Shown piece by piece: positions 1 through 6,104 of a stretch of DNA of 6,104 bases (positions are counted from its first letter, which is position 1; every line of letters begins with the position of its first letter). This DNA comes from Octopus vulgaris (Eukaryota): NCBI GenBank assembly GCA_951406725.2, contig CATOCA020000096.1:1-6104 (forward strand). Reading direction: 5' to 3'. Under the pieces are notes generated by a model. That model saw only the letters and a program-made list of their open reading frames with translations. It did not search any database and was not told where the DNA came from. The position numbers were made by a program, and so were the translations under genes.

Positions 1-29
1 TGTCCCTTGGCTTTGTCTGAGTTTTAGCT

Positions 30-444
30 TCAGTTTTTCCTCTTTTTTGGCCTCTTCATCTCCATGTCCACGGCTTTTGGAGCCGGTAGGAGCATCCGTA
101 CCCGGTTCACCTCCCGGGCAGGCCTATCGTTGGAGTTTTCTTCCTGGGCGTCCACCAGGTGGGGGTGACCCTCCTCATCTGCGCCCACGTCTCCATCCTT
201 GCCATCTTTACTTTGTTCGCGTTTTTCGCTGTTAAAAATGGCATCCAGTGTGTTTATGTGCGATCTGACAAGTGCGTATGAGCGTACGAACTCTTGCCTC
301 TTCCGCTCTATTTGTGCTGATGTCCTTTTGAATCCTTTGTTCTTTTAGTGCTGCCGCAATTATGTTACTTGGACTTTCTCCGTCAGCGCATTGCCATCCT
401 CGCAGGAACCACACCAGTTCATCACGTTTCCAAGCTCTGGACAT
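30..444 (-). pseudogene. Frameshifted (or single-base assembly error) gene for a small Myb/SANT-like DNA-binding protein with C-terminal NLS, ~137 aa when repaired
   Basis: ATG at 444-442 (context AAGAATGT, A at -3) reads MSRAWKRDELVWFLRGWQCADGESPSNIIAAALKEQ. Removing one base from the A-run at 336-338 (or 343-346) continues it as GFKRTSAQIERKRQEFVRSYALVRSHINTLDAIFNSEKREQSKDGKDGDVGADEEGHPHLVDAQEENSNDRPAREVNRVRMLLPAPKAVDMEMKRPKKRKN, ending at TGA 32-30. The pattern W-x3-E-x3-FL-x2-W...IAAAL-x3-GF-x-RT-x2-Q-x3-K...Y resembles Myb/SANT-like (trihelix GT-1 / MSANTD) domains. Family assignment is by eye, with no HMM run. Confidence 0.6.
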
Positions 445-455
445 TCTTGATATAT

Positions 456-748
456 TATCTATCTATCTAATTATGTTAAGTTATATTAATCCAAAGTAGG
501 GGGGTAATAGAGAAAAGAGAGCGTCTATGTACTTAAGGAGAGATTGGGAGCCAAGAGAAGAGAGCAGGAGAGAAGAGGAAGAGGAGAGATATTTTGTCTA
601 TCTATCTATCTATCTAGTTATATTAAGTTATATTAATCCAATAGTGCAATAGGGGGGTAGGGGGTAATAGAGAAAGAGAGCGTCCGTGCACTTAAGGAGA
701 GATTGGGAGCCAAGAGAAGAGAGCAAGAGAGAAGAGGAAGAGGAGATA
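456..748. repeat. Imperfect tandem duplication, 2 copies of ~140-150 bp (456-592 and 597-748)
   Basis: Both copies run (TATC)n-TA..TTAT.TTAAGTTATATTAATCCAA...GGGGGTAATAGAGAAA(A)GAGAGCGTC..TG.ACTTAAGGAGAGATTGGGAGCCAAGAGAAGAGAGCA.GAGAGAAGAGGAAGAGGAGA. Copy 2 has an extra ~13 nt before the G-run. Confidence 0.92.
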
Positions 749-809
749 CTGAGTGCTGAAGGAAGATAGAGAAAGCCTCTAGAGGAGAGCTGAGATAGAC
801 AGAGAAAGT

Positions 810-926
810 GCAAAGGGAGAGAACCGAAGAGACAGACAGAGAGATCTAAACGAAGCTATTGGGCCAAGGAGGGGCGCAAGGGAGAGAACTGAAGAGACAG
901 ATAGAATTCTAAACGAAGCTATTGGG
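810..926. repeat. Imperfect direct repeat, 2 copies of ~52 bp (810-863, 876-926)
   Basis: GCAAAGGGAGAGAACCGAAGAGACAGACAGAGAGATCTAAACGAAGCTATTGGG vs GCAAGGGAGAGAACTGAAGAGACAGATAGAATTCTAAACGAAGCTATTGGG. Confidence 0.9.
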
Positions 927-1310
927 ACATACATATGTATACACACACACACACACATGTACACGTGTGCACATGCACATATATAGACAAGAGTAACAAG
1001 TGAGTATATAAAGAGACAATAATAATAATGAAACATATATAAGCATATATTACAAAACATATATAAACATATATTACAAAAGTAATAATAGTAAGAGATT
1101 ATAAGACAATAATAATAATAAAAATGAAAAATAAAATAAAATAAAACAGCTGAAAGAAAAGAAAAGAAAGAAAGAAAAAACAGGCCAGGAGGTTTTACAG
1201 AGTTTATATATATATATGTAGTATATACATACACACATATATATATAACACACACACATATATTTAACAAGTGATAATAATAATAGATAATAAAATAGTG
1301 TAATAATACA
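927..1310. repeat. Low-complexity zone of compound microsatellites: (CA)n/(TA)n, (AAT)n, (AAAAT)n, (GAAA)n
   Basis: (AC)n 941-957, (AAT)n ~1018-1029 and ~1108-1120, (AAAAT)n ~1128-1146, GAAAA/GAAA runs ~1152-1180, TA/CA tract ~1205-1263, (TAA)n ~1275-1308. Confidence 0.85.
1031..1078. repeat. 24-bp tandem duplication (2 copies, 1 mismatch)
   Basis: AAACATATATAAGCATATATTACA (1031-1054) followed by AAACATATATAAACATATATTACA (1055-1078). Confidence 0.9.
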
Positions 1311-1469
1311 TTTGTCCGCCGCAACAGACAAATTCTTCTATAACAAAACTATAACTAATTGCGACTATACCTTTAATAATAATTAAAACAGCTGAAAGAA
1401 AACACGCCAAGAAATGGCAATATATATTTATTTCGCTATAGACAAATGTCTCTTAAGATAAACTACAAT

Positions 1470-1937
1470 ACGATTCTACTACTAACACACACACACACAT
1501 GCACGTATATATAGATATATACGCACATACATATATAAACAGAGTAACAGGTAATTTATAGATAATAGATTTAACGAAATTAACAGTAACAAGAATTTGT
1601 GATACGTTTTTGCGAGGATATAAACGATTCTACTACTAACACACACACACACATGCACGTATATATAGATATATACGCACATACATATATAAACAGAGTA
1701 ACAGGTAATTTATAGATAAAAGATTTAACGAAATTAACAGTAACAAGAATTTGTGATACGTTTTTGCAAGGATATAAACGATTCTACTACTAACACACAC
1801 ACACACACACATGCACGTATATATAGATATATACGCACATACATATATAAACAGAGTAACAGGTAATTTATAGATAATAGATTTAACGAAATTAACAGTA
1901 ACAAGAATTTGTGATACGTTTTTGCGAGGATATAAAC
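1470..1937. repeat. Tandem repeat of three near-identical 154/154/158-bp units with an internal (AC)n microsatellite
   Basis: Units begin ACGATTCTACTACTAAC at 1470, 1624 and 1778, with internal (AC)7, (AC)7 and (AC)9. Unit 2 differs at two positions (GATAAAAGA vs GATAATAGA; TTTTGCAAGG vs TTTTGCGAGG). Confidence 0.97.
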
Positions 1938-2210
1938 AGTGGGAATTTGGGTACTTATCGACTGGAACATAAAATTAGGAGATTCCACGTGCGTATCGCT
2001 AGAAAGAGATCTTTGTGTCAAAACTTGACTTGTGGCAGAAATATATTGCGATTTTTACAAATATCCAGGTACGCGTCTATAAAGTAACAATTTCCACGTT
2101 TTTGTGATTGATTTAACGAAGTTATTTCAGTAACAAGATTTTATGCAGCCCTTCTTATTTTTTTATCGCAGAGAGATACAACACGTGTTTACTCTACGAA
2201 AGCCGAAAAG

Positions 2211-5220
<3,010 letters not shown>

Positions 5221-5222
<2 letters not shown>

Positions 5223-5465
5223 TCATCATCATCATCGTTTAACGTCCGTTTTCCGCGCTAGCACGGGTTGGACGGTTTCGACCGGGGTCTGGGGAGCTAG
5301 GGACTGCCCCAGGCTCCAGTCTAGTCTGGCAGTGTTTCTACAGCTGGATGCCCTTCCTAACGCCAACCACTCCGCGAGTGTAGTGGGTGTTTTTTACGTG
5401 CCACCTGCACATGTGCCAGAGGGGTCTGCATCGGCCACGTTCGGATGGTGCTTTTTTATTATGTG
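5221..5465 (-). mobile_element. 3' portion of a SINE-like non-autonomous retroposon (5'-truncated) with (GAT)n tail
   Basis: The minus strand reads ...GGTGGCACGTAAAAAACACCCACTACACTCGCGGAGTGGTTGGCGTTAGGAAGGGCATCCAGCTGTAGAAAC...CCGTCCAACCCGTGCTAGCGCGGAAAACGGACGTTAAACGATGATGATGATGATG. It has a trinucleotide-repeat tail and a 3' stem-loop, and the GGTTGGCGTTAGGAAGGGCATCC motif is one I recall from abundant octopus SINEs and related animal SINE/RTE elements. GC content rises abruptly relative to the flanks. No tRNA-like A/B-box head is visible, and the boundary at ~5465 is approximate. Confidence 0.75.
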
Positions 5466-5714
5466 GGGGGGGGCAGAAATATAGGGGAGCACCAGTGGGG
5501 AGGGGTGGTTCAGAGGAATGATGACAGGTTCTTAGGCAAGTAGAACGTAGGATAGAGGGTAATGCATGGTGAAAATAGCGTATTGAGGAGGGGGCATTCG
5601 AAGAGTAGACACCTATAATGGTGGTGGGAGAAACAACATCCGGTATAGATGGAGCAAAAATATAGAGATATCCGGTATTGGTGGTGGGGGTGGGCAGGTG
5701 TGGTGTGCACCGCG

Positions 5715-6104
5715 AATACGCGCGAAGGTTGAAAAAGGATGATAGAGCGAGACTTGGTCGGGCAGAGTTAATAGAGGAGAAATTAGATACAATAGTTAGA
5801 TAGATAAATAACAACAGATAGGAAAACATGTATGATTGGTCGAGAAGTGAAGTGAAGTGAAAATAAATAAAAATAAAATAAAATAAGCATTCAAACTTAG
5901 CTGTGCTCGAGATTATAGCCGCTAGGTGAATGAATGAGAGAGCAGATGTTGTTGCCTTAAGTAAAGAAATTGACCGGAAAGGAATTTTTGGACAAGGCGG
6001 AAGTGTATTAAGGGAACAGGCTTTAAAGATGGCGGAGATCGATAGACAAATACGCGCGAAGGTTGAAAAAGGATGATAGAGCGAGACTTGGTCGGGCAGA
6101 GTTA
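5715..6104. repeat. 56-bp exact direct repeat (5715-5770 and 6049-6104), 334-bp spacing; second copy runs off the window
   Basis: AATACGCGCGAAGGTTGAAAAAGGATGATAGAGCGAGACTTGGTCGGGCAGAGTTA occurs identically at both positions. Confidence 0.95.
5844..5886. repeat. Short pentanucleotide repeats (GAAGT)3 followed by imperfect (AAAAT)n
   Basis: GAAGTGAAGTGAAGTGAAAATAAATAAAAATAAAATAAAATAA. Confidence 0.8.

Noticed and set aside
47-235. Plus-strand 62-aa Pro-rich ORF
   Set aside because: It starts at TTG, is antisense to the better-supported Myb-like frame, and has no motif.
1310-1333. Hairpin ATTTGTC-N10-GACAAAT as a Helitron 3' end or terminator
   Set aside because: It is only a 7-bp AT-rich stem with no properly placed CTRR end, and is expected by chance.
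1142-1402. 19-bp repeat TAAAACAGCTGAAAGAAAA at 1142-1160 and 1384-1402 as a target-site duplication
   Set aside because: The match is real, but the enclosed ~220 bp is low-complexity with no element hallmarks. It is more simply another old local duplication.
1470-1937. CRISPR-like array interpretation of the regular repeats
   Set aside because: The units are fully repeated with no unique spacers, there are no cas genes, and the context is eukaryotic.
628-2021. Minus-strand ORFs 628-813, 779-1324, 1074-1331, 1482-1682 and 1734-2021
   Set aside because: They are translations of low-complexity and tandem-repeat DNA (YYYY, CVCV, LLLL, SSSS runs) with no recognisable domain.
5510-5710. Minus-strand 66-aa His-rich ORF
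   Set aside because: Its composition reflects GGT/GTG-rich sequence on the opposite strand. It is nested in another frame and has no domain evidence.
5934-6104. Plus-strand frame MREQMLLP*VKKLTGKEFLDKAEVY*GNRL*RWRRSIDKYARRLKKDDRARLGRAEL suggesting TAA reassignment
   Set aside because: Three TAA stops in ~57 codons is about what non-coding DNA gives, purine-rich strands mimic charged proteins, and nothing else indicates an alternative genetic code.

Overview
AT-rich, repeat-dominated eukaryotic (probably invertebrate; the SINE resembles cephalopod/octopus repeats as I recall them) genomic DNA, not a prokaryotic locus. About half of the window (2211-5220) is a ~3 kb interrupted (TA)n array, which explains all the long Ile/Tyr ORFs as artefacts. 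The array directly abuts the (CAT)n 3' tail of a minus-strand, 5'-truncated SINE-like element (~5221-5465). The left arm carries several nested tandem duplications (~150 bp x2, ~52 bp x2, 24 bp x2, 154 bp x3), and the right end has a 56-bp exact direct repeat 334 bp apart. The most informative hidden feature is at 30-444 (minus strand): the 70-aa ORF in the track is the first part of a ~137-aa reading frame broken by one extra base near 336-346. When repaired it encodes a Myb/SANT-like (trihelix-type) N-terminal domain, an acidic linker and a C-terminal KRPKKRK nuclear localisation signal. I see no support for a new multi-gene biological system.
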